From: Longimicrobiales bacterium
GTDB taxonomy: Bacteria > Gemmatimonadota > Gemmatimonadetes > Longimicrobiales > Gaopeijiaceae
Length of the DNA: 64,000 nt
Direction of reading: 5' to 3'
Assembly: GCA_041690395.1 (NCBI GenBank)
Contig: JAWLHJ010000002.1
Coordinates: 32,001 to 96,000, forward strand
A program made the position numbers and the translations under genes. This document shows, in pieces, positions 30,120 to 39,220 of the stretch (within the stretch, counting starts at the first letter, position 1; every line of letters starts with the position of its first letter). Under the pieces are notes generated by a model. It made no database searches and was not told the origin of the DNA. It worked only from the letters and a program-made list of their open reading frames with translations.

Positions 30120-32293
30120 CGGCTTCCTCCCATGCGGTCGTCGGTCGGACCTCCCCCGCCGAGCCAGTGGGTGAACCACTGACGGAGCCGTCCGAGCCGG
30201 TCGACGAGCAGCCAGGGCTCACCGGTTCTCGACAGATCGTGCGTCGAGCGGGGGTAGCGGATGAACTCCACCGGTACGCCCTGCTTCTCGAGCGACATGA
30301 ACCACTGCTCCGCGTCGGTCATGGGCGTCCGGTGATCCTCCTCGGACTGCACGATCAGCGTGGGCGTCGTAACCCGGTCCACGAATCGGATCGGCGACAG
30401 GTCGATGTACGTCTCCCAGGCCTCCCACGGCTTCCCGTAGAACTCGAACTCCGTGAGGCCGGGCACGTCGGAGGTGCCCCACCACGACACCCAGTTGCTG
30501 ATCATGCGGTCGGCCTGGGCCGCCGCGAACCGGTCGGTCTTCGTGGTGATCCATGCGGTCATGAAGCCGCCATAGCTTCCGCCGGTGACGCCGAGACGCT
30601 CCGGGTCGACATCGTCGCGCTCGACCACGATGTCCACGGCACGCATGAGGTCCTCGTAGTCCTCGAGTCCCCAGCGGCCCCGCGTCGAATAGGTGAAGTC
30701 CGCGCCGTAGCCGCTCGATCCGCGCGGGTTCGTATAGAGCACGAACATCCCGGCACCCGTCAGGTTGTGGAACTCGTCGAACCACCCCTCGCCGTACGCC
30801 GAGTGCGGTCCGCCGTGGATGTAGAGCACGAGCGGGTAGCGCTCCCCTTCCCGGTATCCATGGGGATACTGGAGCCAGGCCTCGATCTCCAGGCCCCCGA
30901 CCGAGGTGTAGGTGAAGCGCTCCGCCTCGGGCCAGTCGATCTCGGCGTTGAGCGCGTCGTTGAAGCTCGTCAGGCGCCGCTCGTTCGTTCCGTCGGCATT
31001 CGCCAGGTAGAGCTCGGTGGGCTGGTCCACGGACGTGGCGACGAAGGCCACGTTCCGGTACGAGCCGTCGAAGGAGAAGCCGTTGATCCGGCGCCGTCCC
31101 GAGACGACCTCCTCGATGTCCCCGCCCCCGGCGTCGACGTGGAAGAGCGCGGTCCGCCCGCCCACCGAGGCGCTCATGGCGAGGCGGTCGTTCGACATCC
31201 AGGTGACAAGCTGCGGCTCGTAGACGAAGTCCGTGAGGAGGTTCCTGGGCTCTCCACCGGCCTGGACGTCGACGACCCACAGCCGGTCGGACGACGTCCG
31301 CTCGAGCGCGCTCACGAATGCGAGCCGTCTGGAGTCCGGTGCCCACACGAGGTCACCCTCGGTGCCGGTCTGGTTGGTCACCCGGCGCGGCTCCCCACCG
31401 TCCACGGAGATCACGAAGATGTCGCCGTCGTTCCGGGGCGCTTCGTCCCGCTCGGGGTCGTACGGCAGGAGCGCCAGCGAGTCCTGCTCGGCGTCGACCA
31501 CCGAGTCGGGCCGGAGCTCCGGGTCGGCCACGAACGCGATCCAGCGGCCGTCGGGTGAGACCGCGGCGCCGCGGTGCGAATAAGGCGTGTCGGTGATGCG
31601 CCGAGCGGTGTCGGACGGCTGGAAGCCCTGGATCCAGAGCTGTGCGGGATCCCAGTTCGGAGCCTCGGCCGCGTTGGGCACGAACCCCGGACCGTTCCGC
31701 TTGTACCCGAGGTCCACGATGTGGCGGCCGTCGAAGCGGGCCGGCTCGAGCGGCTCGGTCACGCCCCCGAACGGCGGGCGCGCGGTGGCCGGCATGTCGG
31801 CGTAGGGGTCGGGCCCCTCCGCGTCGTCGTCGTCCTCGTCCGATCCGCGGGTGAAGACGGCGAAGGAGCCGTCCGCCGGCACCGACCCGTCGGGCCACGA
31901 CTCCGGCTGGAAGGCCTCGCCCGGCCGGCTGCCATCCATGCGGATGGCCCACCGGTCGCTGTTGCCGCCCTCGCGGTCGGACTCGAAAAAGAGGAGCGTC
32001 CCGTCGTGCGACCACTCGGGGTTCGAGCTCTCGGCGCCCGGCGTCGTTGCGCGGTAGGGCTCACCGCCGTCGGTCGGCGCGATCCAGACTTCGCGGTGCC
32101 GCCGGTTCTCCGACTCGACGACCGTCATGACGGTGAAGGCGACCATGCTCCCGTCCGGTGACAGCGCCGGCGACGAGAGGGTCGTCAGACGGTACCAATC
32201 GGAGGGCTCGAACGCCCGCCCCTGGGCGGCCACGTCGGGCGCCCAGGCGGCCAGCAACGTGACGAGTACGACGTAGATCCATCGGGTGGCCAT
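30116..32293 (-). CDS. S9 family (dipeptidyl/acylaminoacyl) peptidase, secreted
   Basis: Signal peptide; SPDG propeller repeats; IHGGPH, NPRGSSGYG, GGSYGG, EDHRTP, STHDLSR; RBS GGAGGGAG. Confidence 0.93.
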   Translation of the reverse strand: MATRWIYVVLVTLLAAWAPDVAAQGRAFEPSDWYRLTTLSSPALSPDGSMVAFTVMTVVESENRRHREVWIAPTDGGEPYRATTPGAESSNPEWSHDGTLLFFESDREGGNSDRWAIRMDGSRPGEAFQPESWPDGSVPADGSFAVFTRGSDEDDDDAEGPDPYADMPATARPPFGGVTEPLEPARFDGRHIVDLGYKRNGPGFVPNAAEAPNWDPAQLWIQGFQPSDTARRITDTPYSHRGAAVSPDGRWIAFVADPELRPDSVVDAEQDSLALLPYDPERDEAPRNDGDIFVISVDGGEPRRVTNQTGTEGDLVWAPDSRRLAFVSALERTSSDRLWVVDVQAGGEPRNLLTDFVYEPQLVTWMSNDRLAMSASVGGRTALFHVDAGGGDIEEVVSGRRRINGFSFDGSYRNVAFVATSVDQPTELYLANADGTNERRLTSFNDALNAEIDWPEAERFTYTSVGGLEIEAWLQYPHGYREGERYPLVLYIHGGPHSAYGEGWFDEFHNLTGAGMFVLYTNPRGSSGYGADFTYSTRGRWGLEDYEDLMRAVDIVVERDDVDPERLGVTGGSYGGFMTAWITTKTDRFAAAQADRMISNWVSWWGTSDVPGLTEFEFYGKPWEAWETYIDLSPIRFVDRVTTPTLIVQSEEDHRTPMTDAEQWFMSLEKQGVPVEFIRYPRSTHDLSRTGEPWLLVDRLGRLRQWFTHWLGGGGPTDDRMGGSR

Positions 32294-32337
32294 GATCTCC
32301 CTCCGTGGGCGTTTCGTGGATGTCTCGCCGGCGCCGA

Positions 32338-34278
32338 TCATCGATCGGACAGCTCGGGCAGACGGAGGTGCTCGGAAAAGAAGTCGACCATGCGCTCCAG
32401 CCTGTCGCGCACGGTGGCTTTGTAACGCCTGAGCGAGTGGTCCTCGTCGGGATACTCCACGTAGATGAAGTCCTCCCGTCCGAGGTCCTCCATGCGCTCG
32501 GCCCAGATCTGTGACTGGCGGGGCAGCACCGCGCTGTCCCTCAGCCCGTGCAGGAGGAGCTGCGGCACGATGGTCGCGTCGGCGAAGTTGATCGGCGAGC
32601 GGCGGTGGTACTCCTCGGGGATCTCGGCTTCACTGCCGCCGAACTCGCTCCGCTCCCGGCGCGGCGTGCGCGTGGCGGTCCAGGCTCGTCCCGACGCACC
32701 GTAGCGGTCGATGGCCAGGAGCTTCCAGTCGGACACCGGGGCCCGGATGACCTGGGCTTCGAAGGCGTCGGGTGCCTCGGTCGCGATGACGAAGCTCATG
32801 TAGCCGCCGCCGCTCCCGCCCCAGGTGGCCTTTCTCGTCATGTCGACGTAGCCGAGCCCCTCCAGGTATGGCAGGACCGCCATCACGTCCCCGAACTCGG
32901 CACCCCCGTAGTCCGCGACGTGCAGGTCGTGGAAGCCCGCGCCGAACCCCCGGCTTCCCCGCGGATTGGGCTTGACGACGACGAATCCCCGCTCGAGGAA
33001 AAACTGGTCCATCGGATCGAATGAGTGGTTCCACTGCCCGGGATGTCCGTGAAGGCGCACGATGACCGGATAGCTTCCGCCCTCCTCGAAGCCCCATGGC
33101 CTGAGGAGCATGGTCGGAATCGGCAGGTCGCCCACCCCGGGATAGCGGACGTCCTCGGCCACGCTCAGCCGTGCCGGGTCGACCTGCCCCATGGAGCGTG
33201 TCAGCTGCGTGGGCGTGCCGCCCCCGGCAGGGACGCTCCAGATGTCCGACGTCCGGTTGGTGGCCTCTTCCAGGTAGGCCACGCTGCCACCGTCGGGAGC
33301 GAACTGCGGCGAGGCGCGCAGGGCCGTTCCCTCGGTCAAGGTCCGGTGCTGCCCCGAGCCGTCGGCAGGGGCGACCACCACGTGGTTCGCAGTCATCCGC
33401 TCGTCCGCGCGCACGAAGACGAGGGTGCGCCCGTCCGGCGACCAGCTCGGGCTCCCGTGGTCCCTGGGCTCGCGCGTGATCGACGTGACGCGTCCGGTCG
33501 CGACGTCCGCCACGCCGATCTGGCCGAAGCCGCTCTTGCCCGTCGTGAAGGCGATGCGGGTCCCGTCGGGGGACCAGACCGGCGAGCCGTTGCCCCCCTG
33601 GTGGGCCGGCTCGATGACCCGCCGGGGCGTCGTTCCTTCGGCGTCGGTGATCCAGATGTCACCGCCGCGCTGGAACGCGATGCGTGAGCCGTCCGGCGAC
33701 CAGATCGGCGACCGCTCGTCGTTGGACTCCGGGAGCAGGAGCCGCGGCCACGCGGTGGGCGCATCCAGATCCTCGATGAAGATCCGGGTCGACGTGCCGG
33801 TCCGCGCGAAGTACGTCAGCGTCCGACCGTCCGGCGCCAGCGAGGGTCCGCCGTGGATCATCGCGTCGTTGAAGGTGACCCGCGTGGTCTCCCCACCCGA
33901 CGCCGGCATGGTGAAGATGTTCAGGTACGACTGGAACAGGCTCGCAGCGGTGAAGATCAGCCGCTCCCCGTCGGCGGAGACGGCCAGGTCGCCCTTGGGC
34001 TCCGCACGCCCGTCGATGGGAGCGGACGAGATCTGCGTCGGCGTGCCGCCATCGGCAGCGATCCGGAAGATCTCCCAGGTGCCGTTGTCGGCGGCGTTGC
34101 TCGTGTAGAACAGCGCATCTCCGCCGGGCGCCCACACGAAGGAGCGGACCGAGCTCACGGTCATCCAGTCGTCGAGGTCGTAGGCCGCCTGCTGGGCCGC
34201 GACGTGCGATCCGGCCAGGAGCATGCCGCATCCGAGCGCTACCGCCGTACGGGTACGTCTCACCACCATCGCCTCCAT
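32338..34278 (-). CDS. S9 family peptidase with TolB/WD40-like propeller, secreted
   Basis: Signal peptide; WSPDG repeats; LHGHP, NPRGSRGFG, GGSGGG nucleophile elbow, RDSAV, EDHS. Confidence 0.88.
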   Translation of the reverse strand: MEAMVVRRTRTAVALGCGMLLAGSHVAAQQAAYDLDDWMTVSSVRSFVWAPGGDALFYTSNAADNGTWEIFRIAADGGTPTQISSAPIDGRAEPKGDLAVSADGERLIFTAASLFQSYLNIFTMPASGGETTRVTFNDAMIHGGPSLAPDGRTLTYFARTGTSTRIFIEDLDAPTAWPRLLLPESNDERSPIWSPDGSRIAFQRGGDIWITDAEGTTPRRVIEPAHQGGNGSPVWSPDGTRIAFTTGKSGFGQIGVADVATGRVTSITREPRDHGSPSWSPDGRTLVFVRADERMTANHVVVAPADGSGQHRTLTEGTALRASPQFAPDGGSVAYLEEATNRTSDIWSVPAGGGTPTQLTRSMGQVDPARLSVAEDVRYPGVGDLPIPTMLLRPWGFEEGGSYPVIVRLHGHPGQWNHSFDPMDQFFLERGFVVVKPNPRGSRGFGAGFHDLHVADYGGAEFGDVMAVLPYLEGLGYVDMTRKATWGGSGGGYMSFVIATEAPDAFEAQVIRAPVSDWKLLAIDRYGASGRAWTATRTPRRERSEFGGSEAEIPEEYHRRSPINFADATIVPQLLLHGLRDSAVLPRQSQIWAERMEDLGREDFIYVEYPDEDHSLRRYKATVRDRLERMVDFFSEHLRLPELSDR

Positions 34279-34381
34279 GCCTTGTCACGTACGATGCGGA
34301 CGAGCCCCCGAAGGCAACTCATGCCTCCGGAGGCCCGCCGCACCCGTTTCGTTCAGGACGACTCGCTCGGTCGCGAGCCCG

Positions 34382-35773
34382 TCAGCTGGTTCCAGAGATG
34401 TTCGGGTTGCCGATACGCTCCACCGTCGGCAGCGGGAAGCACGTCACGTCACCGTACGCGCCGCCGACGCTGTCCACCCCGTCGGGATGGATCGATCCCG
34501 GCTCGCCGAGCCACGGGATCTCGTGGATCGTGCCCTCGAAGCGGAGCATGTCGTTCATGCGATGCCCCCCTTCCACGAACAGGTCCCGCCGCCGCTCCTC
34601 GATGATCAGCGCCATCATCTCGTCCTCGTCGTTCACGTCGACGTAGGTGACCTCGGGCAGCCCGAGCTCGTTACGCCGATCGTTGATGATGTCGAGCGCG
34701 AGTTGGCCGTCGTCCGTGCGCGCGTAGGCCTCGGCCAGGAAGAGCTGCGCTTCCTTGTACGACGCGATCGGCATGGGGCTCGACCGCGACGTGTACTTGT
34801 CGTGGTGCCACAGCGGGGTCACCTCGTTGTGCCCGAAGAGGCCGAGGTTGAAGACGTTCACCCTGGGGTCGGGCACGCCGCCGACCTGGGCCTGGCCCGG
34901 CCGCCCGTCCACCGGATCGATGGTCAGGTCGTGGAACGTCGACGTGATGGTGCCGTGTGCGTTCTGGACCTGACTGTTCACCGAGTTGTAGTTGAAGTTG
35001 TAGCGGCGGGACGACTCGCCACCGCGCGTGGCCACCTTCAGATACCCTTCCGGGACCTGGCTCGCGTCGGCGATGACACCCGGCCAGTCCTCGAGCACGA
35101 GCCTCACCCGTGCTCGTCCTACCAAGGCCATGTTGAGCGCGTCGTCGTTCCCCGATGCCTGCGCGAGGGTGATCGCTTCGCCGAACCGCGCCTCCGCGCG
35201 CTGCAGCGTCTGGGCGGGAGTCAGCAGCGTCCCCGGCACGCCCTCCTCGTCCGGAACCGTCATCTCGCAGAAGCCTTCACCCAGACCGACGAGCGCGTAT
35301 CCTCCGAGCGCCCGCAGCGTGGCCAGATGGCTCTGGAGGTCCGGGACCTCGGCGAACTCCGGCGTGCTCAGCCGGCTGTAGACGTCGTTCGCCTGGAACC
35401 GGGCGGTGTGAAGCGGCGCGTACATCGAGTACGCCGTGGTGCATTCACCCGTACTCAGGCGCTGGTCGTTCGCCTCGAGCTGCCGCCATCCCATGTTCCG
35501 CCACCAGGCGTTACCCGAGGCGTTCATGTACTCGTCCGAATGATGGGAGGCTCCCCCGGAGTACATGGACCAACCGCACTCGAGCGCGGAGATGGCGCTA
35601 CGAACCAGCAGGTCGGCTACCTCCGGGTCGTTGAGGTCGGCCTCGAGCACCTGGCCCGGGAGCTCGACCTTGAGAATCTCGTCCATGTCGCACGCGCCGA
35701 GCGCGGCCACGGCGACCAGGACGGTGGTCAGGCGCGCCAGCTTCCGCAGGCTGCCACGAATTCCAGCCCTCAT
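34382..35773 (-). CDS. RagB/SusD family outer-membrane lipoprotein
   Basis: Lipobox LGAC after a hydrophobic stretch; GRARVRL, EAQLFLAEA, IINDRR, ERRRDLFVEGGHRMND, FPLPTVE; RBS GAAGGAG; directly after susC. Confidence 0.88.
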   Translation of the reverse strand: MRAGIRGSLRKLARLTTVLVAVAALGACDMDEILKVELPGQVLEADLNDPEVADLLVRSAISALECGWSMYSGGASHHSDEYMNASGNAWWRNMGWRQLEANDQRLSTGECTTAYSMYAPLHTARFQANDVYSRLSTPEFAEVPDLQSHLATLRALGGYALVGLGEGFCEMTVPDEEGVPGTLLTPAQTLQRAEARFGEAITLAQASGNDDALNMALVGRARVRLVLEDWPGVIADASQVPEGYLKVATRGGESSRRYNFNYNSVNSQVQNAHGTITSTFHDLTIDPVDGRPGQAQVGGVPDPRVNVFNLGLFGHNEVTPLWHHDKYTSRSSPMPIASYKEAQLFLAEAYARTDDGQLALDIINDRRNELGLPEVTYVDVNDEDEMMALIIEERRRDLFVEGGHRMNDMLRFEGTIHEIPWLGEPGSIHPDGVDSVGGAYGDVTCFPLPTVERIGNPNISGTS

Positions 35774-35853
35774 CTTATGGACTCCTTCGCCGAGTCGCGT
35801 TTCATCTCTTCGTACGTCCGACCGCTCGCGCGGCGCTTCGTCACGGCCGCGCA

Positions 35854-38800
35854 TCAGAACGTCACCCGCAGCGTGGTCGAGAAGCGCTTACTCATCGGCC
35901 ACGCCTCCTGGTGCACTGCGTTTATGCCCGGCGTCTGGCCGCCCGTCTGGGTGACGCGCTCCGGATCGATGGACCGATGCCCGAAGCTCTCCTCGGCCCC
36001 CATCCAGATCAGCCAGAGGTTGTCCGCCGACACGGTCAGCGTCAGGCGCGACGCGCCGATGCGATCGGCCCAAGCCGTGGGGAGCCTCGCCTGCGCGGAG
36101 ACGGTACGCAGCTTCGCGAAGTCACCGCTCATGATGCCCGGCTGGGGCCGTCCCTCGGCGCCCATCGTCAGGTAGGACACCAGAATCGGATCGGTCGCCT
36201 CGACCGCCGCCCGCGTGTTGAAGAACGAGTGGTGCGCAGAGCGGATGTCACCGTTGATCCAGGTGCGGCCCTTGATGAAGTCGACCAGCGCGTGGAGCGT
36301 GACGTTCTGGAAGAGCGTGACCGTGCTGCTCGCGCTCCCGCTCCACTCCGGGAGCGGCTGCCCCCAGTAGACGAGCGGCGCGTCCGCGCACGGCACCGGC
36401 GCGCCGCCTCCCGACGAGAAGTCGGTGTCGCCGACGCGCGTGCCACCCTCGCACATCATGTTCATGGCGCGGTTCCGCAGGGGCGGGGTCCGCTCCTCGA
36501 TGTCCGCGTCCACGACGCGCTTCGCGAAGATGCTCCCGATGGGGAAGCCGGGCACCTGGTACTGGCCCTCCGTGACGTTCTGGATGACGAACGGCTCGGA
36601 GCCGAGGCTCACGATCTCGTTCTTGGCCGAAGCCAACGTGAAGCCGAAGTCGACGCTCACGTCGTCGCCCCGATACGCCTGCGCGTTCAGGCCGATCTCG
36701 ATACCCGAGTTGCGCGTCTCGCCCAGATTCTGGAACTGGAAGCCGGGGAAGCCGAGCGAGGGAAGCACCGGCACACGGATCAGCGCGTCCTTCGTCCGCT
36801 GACGGAAGTAGGTGAACTCCGTGCTGATACGCTCGTTGAAGAGCGAAAGGTCGAAGCCGAGCTCGATCTCGTCGCCGACCTCGGGCTTGAGGTCCGGGTT
36901 ACCGACGTTGTCGGGCGCGATGGCCGCCTCGCCCTCATAGCCGTCGACCGGCTCGTACGTGCGCACGGCATCGAACACGTCCGGCTGGGTGCCGGCCTGG
37001 CCCCAGGCGCCACGGAGGCGAAGGGTGCTCAGCCAGTCGAGGTCCGCGAGGAATGCCTCCTCGCTCGCCACCCAGGAGCCCGACAGCTTCGGATACGTGA
37101 CGAAGCTGAAGTTCTGACCGAACGCGGAGTTGTCGTCACCCCGCATCGCGCCGGTCAGGAAGAAGCGGTTCTTCCAGCCTATCTCCTGCTGCACGTAAAG
37201 ACCGAACGAGCGGTTCTCCCAGTACTCCTCGTCTCCGGTGCGCACGGCACCGGACGAGACCGTCTCGAGGATCTCGAGGGGGAAGCCTTCACCGGTGGCG
37301 ATCGACGCCTCGTGGACGCGCCGGTAGAACTGCGCGCCGGCCGAGGTCGTCAGCGAGAGGTCCGACGTCGCGTCGAACGTGGCGCTCGCGCCGTAGTCGA
37401 TGCTCGAGTACGTGGAGCGTGTATGACCGACGTCGCGCTGACCGTCGTTGTTGCTCATGCCGCGCTTGCCGCCGGCGCGGAACAGCCGGGTGTCGCGCAG
37501 GTTGGAGAAGTCGCCGCCGAACACCACCCGGTGCGTGAGCCACTCCGTCGGGGTGTGCGTCACGGTCAATCCGGCGGTGTTACGGTCGACGTCCTGGTAC
37601 CCCTGCACGTCGCCGTCGGCGAAACGCTCCGGCAGATAGCCGATGTAGCCGCGCATCGGTCCGTCGAGCGCGCTCCCGGCACCGCTCCCCGGCTCGCAGC
37701 CGGGCGAGGGGCAGGCCCACAGCACCGCGGTCGTCCAAGCCTGCTGCGGCGAAGCCGTCTGCGCGCGGCTACGTACCGCGCCCAGGCTGAAGTCGAAGCT
37801 CAGCTGGTCGTTCGGATTGTAGCTGAGGTTGGCGCGACCGCCCATGCGGTTCCGCCAGTTCCAGGAGATGTAGCCCTCCTCACGGTCCCAGTCCGCGGAG
37901 AAGTAGTAGCGCAGGGTACCTGCGCCACCGCTGATGTCGGCGCCGATCGCGGGCATCTGGCCGGTACGGAACCAGTTGTATCCGTAGAGGTCACGCTCGA
38001 GCTCGAGGATCTTGACCTCGACGACCTCACCCGCGTTGCACTGCAGCCGCGGATCGACGTCGACGGTCTGCGAGACACCGGTGCAGCGGTAGTACGTCGG
38101 CGTGAAGTAGTTCACGGGGTCGGGGAGCCAGTTGGCCCCCTGGCGCAGACGGAGGTTGATGGTCGGCTCCCCGACCGCGCCCTGCTTGGTGATGATGTTG
38201 ATGACGCCGTTGGACGCCTCGGTGCCGTATAGCGTCGCAGCGGCCGGACCCTTGATCACCTCGATGCTCTCGATGTTCTCGGGCGGGATGTCGTTCATGG
38301 GCGAGGGCGCGCCGTCGGTGAACGCGACCGTTCCGATGCCGGGGGCCGCGTTACCGCCGCTCACGCGCACGCCGTCGACGTACACCAGTGGTGCCGCGCC
38401 CAACGAGATGCTCGACACGCCGCGGATCCGCTGGATGCCGCCGGAGCCGACCTCACCACCGGACGCCATGATACGAACGCCCGGCACGTTGGTGCTGAGC
38501 ATGTCCGTCACGTTGGTGACCGGGGTGACCTCCTGGATCTGGGCGGCCGAGACGCGCCCGACCACGTTGCCGAGGGCCCTGCTCTGCTGTCCACCAGCGG
38601 TGCCTGTCACCACCAGTGCGTCGAGCGCGATGGCCGTCTCGTCCAGTCGGATCTCGATGTTGACCGTCTCACCCGCCGTGACGGTGACCTGCCGTTCCTG
38701 CGCGCCGAACCCCAGCGTCTCGACCCGGACGGTGTGCTCGCCGGCCGGGACATTCAGGAGAATGAACTGGCCCCCGTTGTTCGTGAGGCCACCGAGGCCG

Positions 38801-38973
38801 GTGCCGGGGATCGATACCTGGGCTCCGACCAGCGGGCGACCCGCGTCGGACGCGACCGTGCCGCGAACCGTGCCGGTCGCCTGCGCCTCGACGGAGGTCG
38901 CGGCGAAGACGAGCGCGAGGCCGGCGACCGCCAGTCCGCTCGTCAGGCGTTGCAATGCACTCGGGGGTTTCAT
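35854..38973 (-). CDS. SusC/RagA family TonB-dependent transporter
   Basis: N-terminal carboxypeptidase-regulatory-like domain; plug IRG...PLVYVDGV, IESIEVIKGPAAATLYGTEASNGVI; GNPDLKPE; terminal F; RBS GAGGTG. Confidence 0.95.
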   Translation of the reverse strand: MKPPSALQRLTSGLAVAGLALVFAATSVEAQATGTVRGTVASDAGRPLVGAQVSIPGTGLGGLTNNGGQFILLNVPAGEHTVRVETLGFGAQERQVTVTAGETVNIEIRLDETAIALDALVVTGTAGGQQSRALGNVVGRVSAAQIQEVTPVTNVTDMLSTNVPGVRIMASGGEVGSGGIQRIRGVSSISLGAAPLVYVDGVRVSGGNAAPGIGTVAFTDGAPSPMNDIPPENIESIEVIKGPAAATLYGTEASNGVINIITKQGAVGEPTINLRLRQGANWLPDPVNYFTPTYYRCTGVSQTVDVDPRLQCNAGEVVEVKILELERDLYGYNWFRTGQMPAIGADISGGAGTLRYYFSADWDREEGYISWNWRNRMGGRANLSYNPNDQLSFDFSLGAVRSRAQTASPQQAWTTAVLWACPSPGCEPGSGAGSALDGPMRGYIGYLPERFADGDVQGYQDVDRNTAGLTVTHTPTEWLTHRVVFGGDFSNLRDTRLFRAGGKRGMSNNDGQRDVGHTRSTYSSIDYGASATFDATSDLSLTTSAGAQFYRRVHEASIATGEGFPLEILETVSSGAVRTGDEEYWENRSFGLYVQQEIGWKNRFFLTGAMRGDDNSAFGQNFSFVTYPKLSGSWVASEEAFLADLDWLSTLRLRGAWGQAGTQPDVFDAVRTYEPVDGYEGEAAIAPDNVGNPDLKPEVGDEIELGFDLSLFNERISTEFTYFRQRTKDALIRVPVLPSLGFPGFQFQNLGETRNSGIEIGLNAQAYRGDDVSVDFGFTLASAKNEIVSLGSEPFVIQNVTEGQYQVPGFPIGSIFAKRVVDADIEERTPPLRNRAMNMMCEGGTRVGDTDFSSGGGAPVPCADAPLVYWGQPLPEWSGSASSTVTLFQNVTLHALVDFIKGRTWINGDIRSAHHSFFNTRAAVEATDPILVSYLTMGAEGRPQPGIMSGDFAKLRTVSAQARLPTAWADRIGASRLTLTVSADNLWLIWMGAEESFGHRSIDPERVTQTGGQTPGINAVHQEAWPMSKRFSTTLRVTF

Positions 38974-39220
38974 GGGCTCACCTCGCCATAGGTTCGGGAT
39001 GCGCAAGTCAAGACTTCAAACAATGGGCTCCACATAGGCGCTCCTCCGGTTGTAGACCCTGGGGGGGGCGGGCCGGCTACGAGAACGTGTAACGACCTGT
39101 GTCTTAAGGGTCGGCCGAGGCGCACGCAAGGGCGCCCCCCTGTGGGGGCGCCTCCTGCCGCGTATACGCTCCCGACGACCTCCGCGCAGCTTGGGCGCTA
39201 GAGCCGCGTTACCGTGCTCG

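Noticed and set aside
39130..39152. GGCGCCCCC hairpin upstream of susC as a riboswitch or terminator
   Set aside because: A simple GC hairpin with no U tract and no recognisable aptamer motifs
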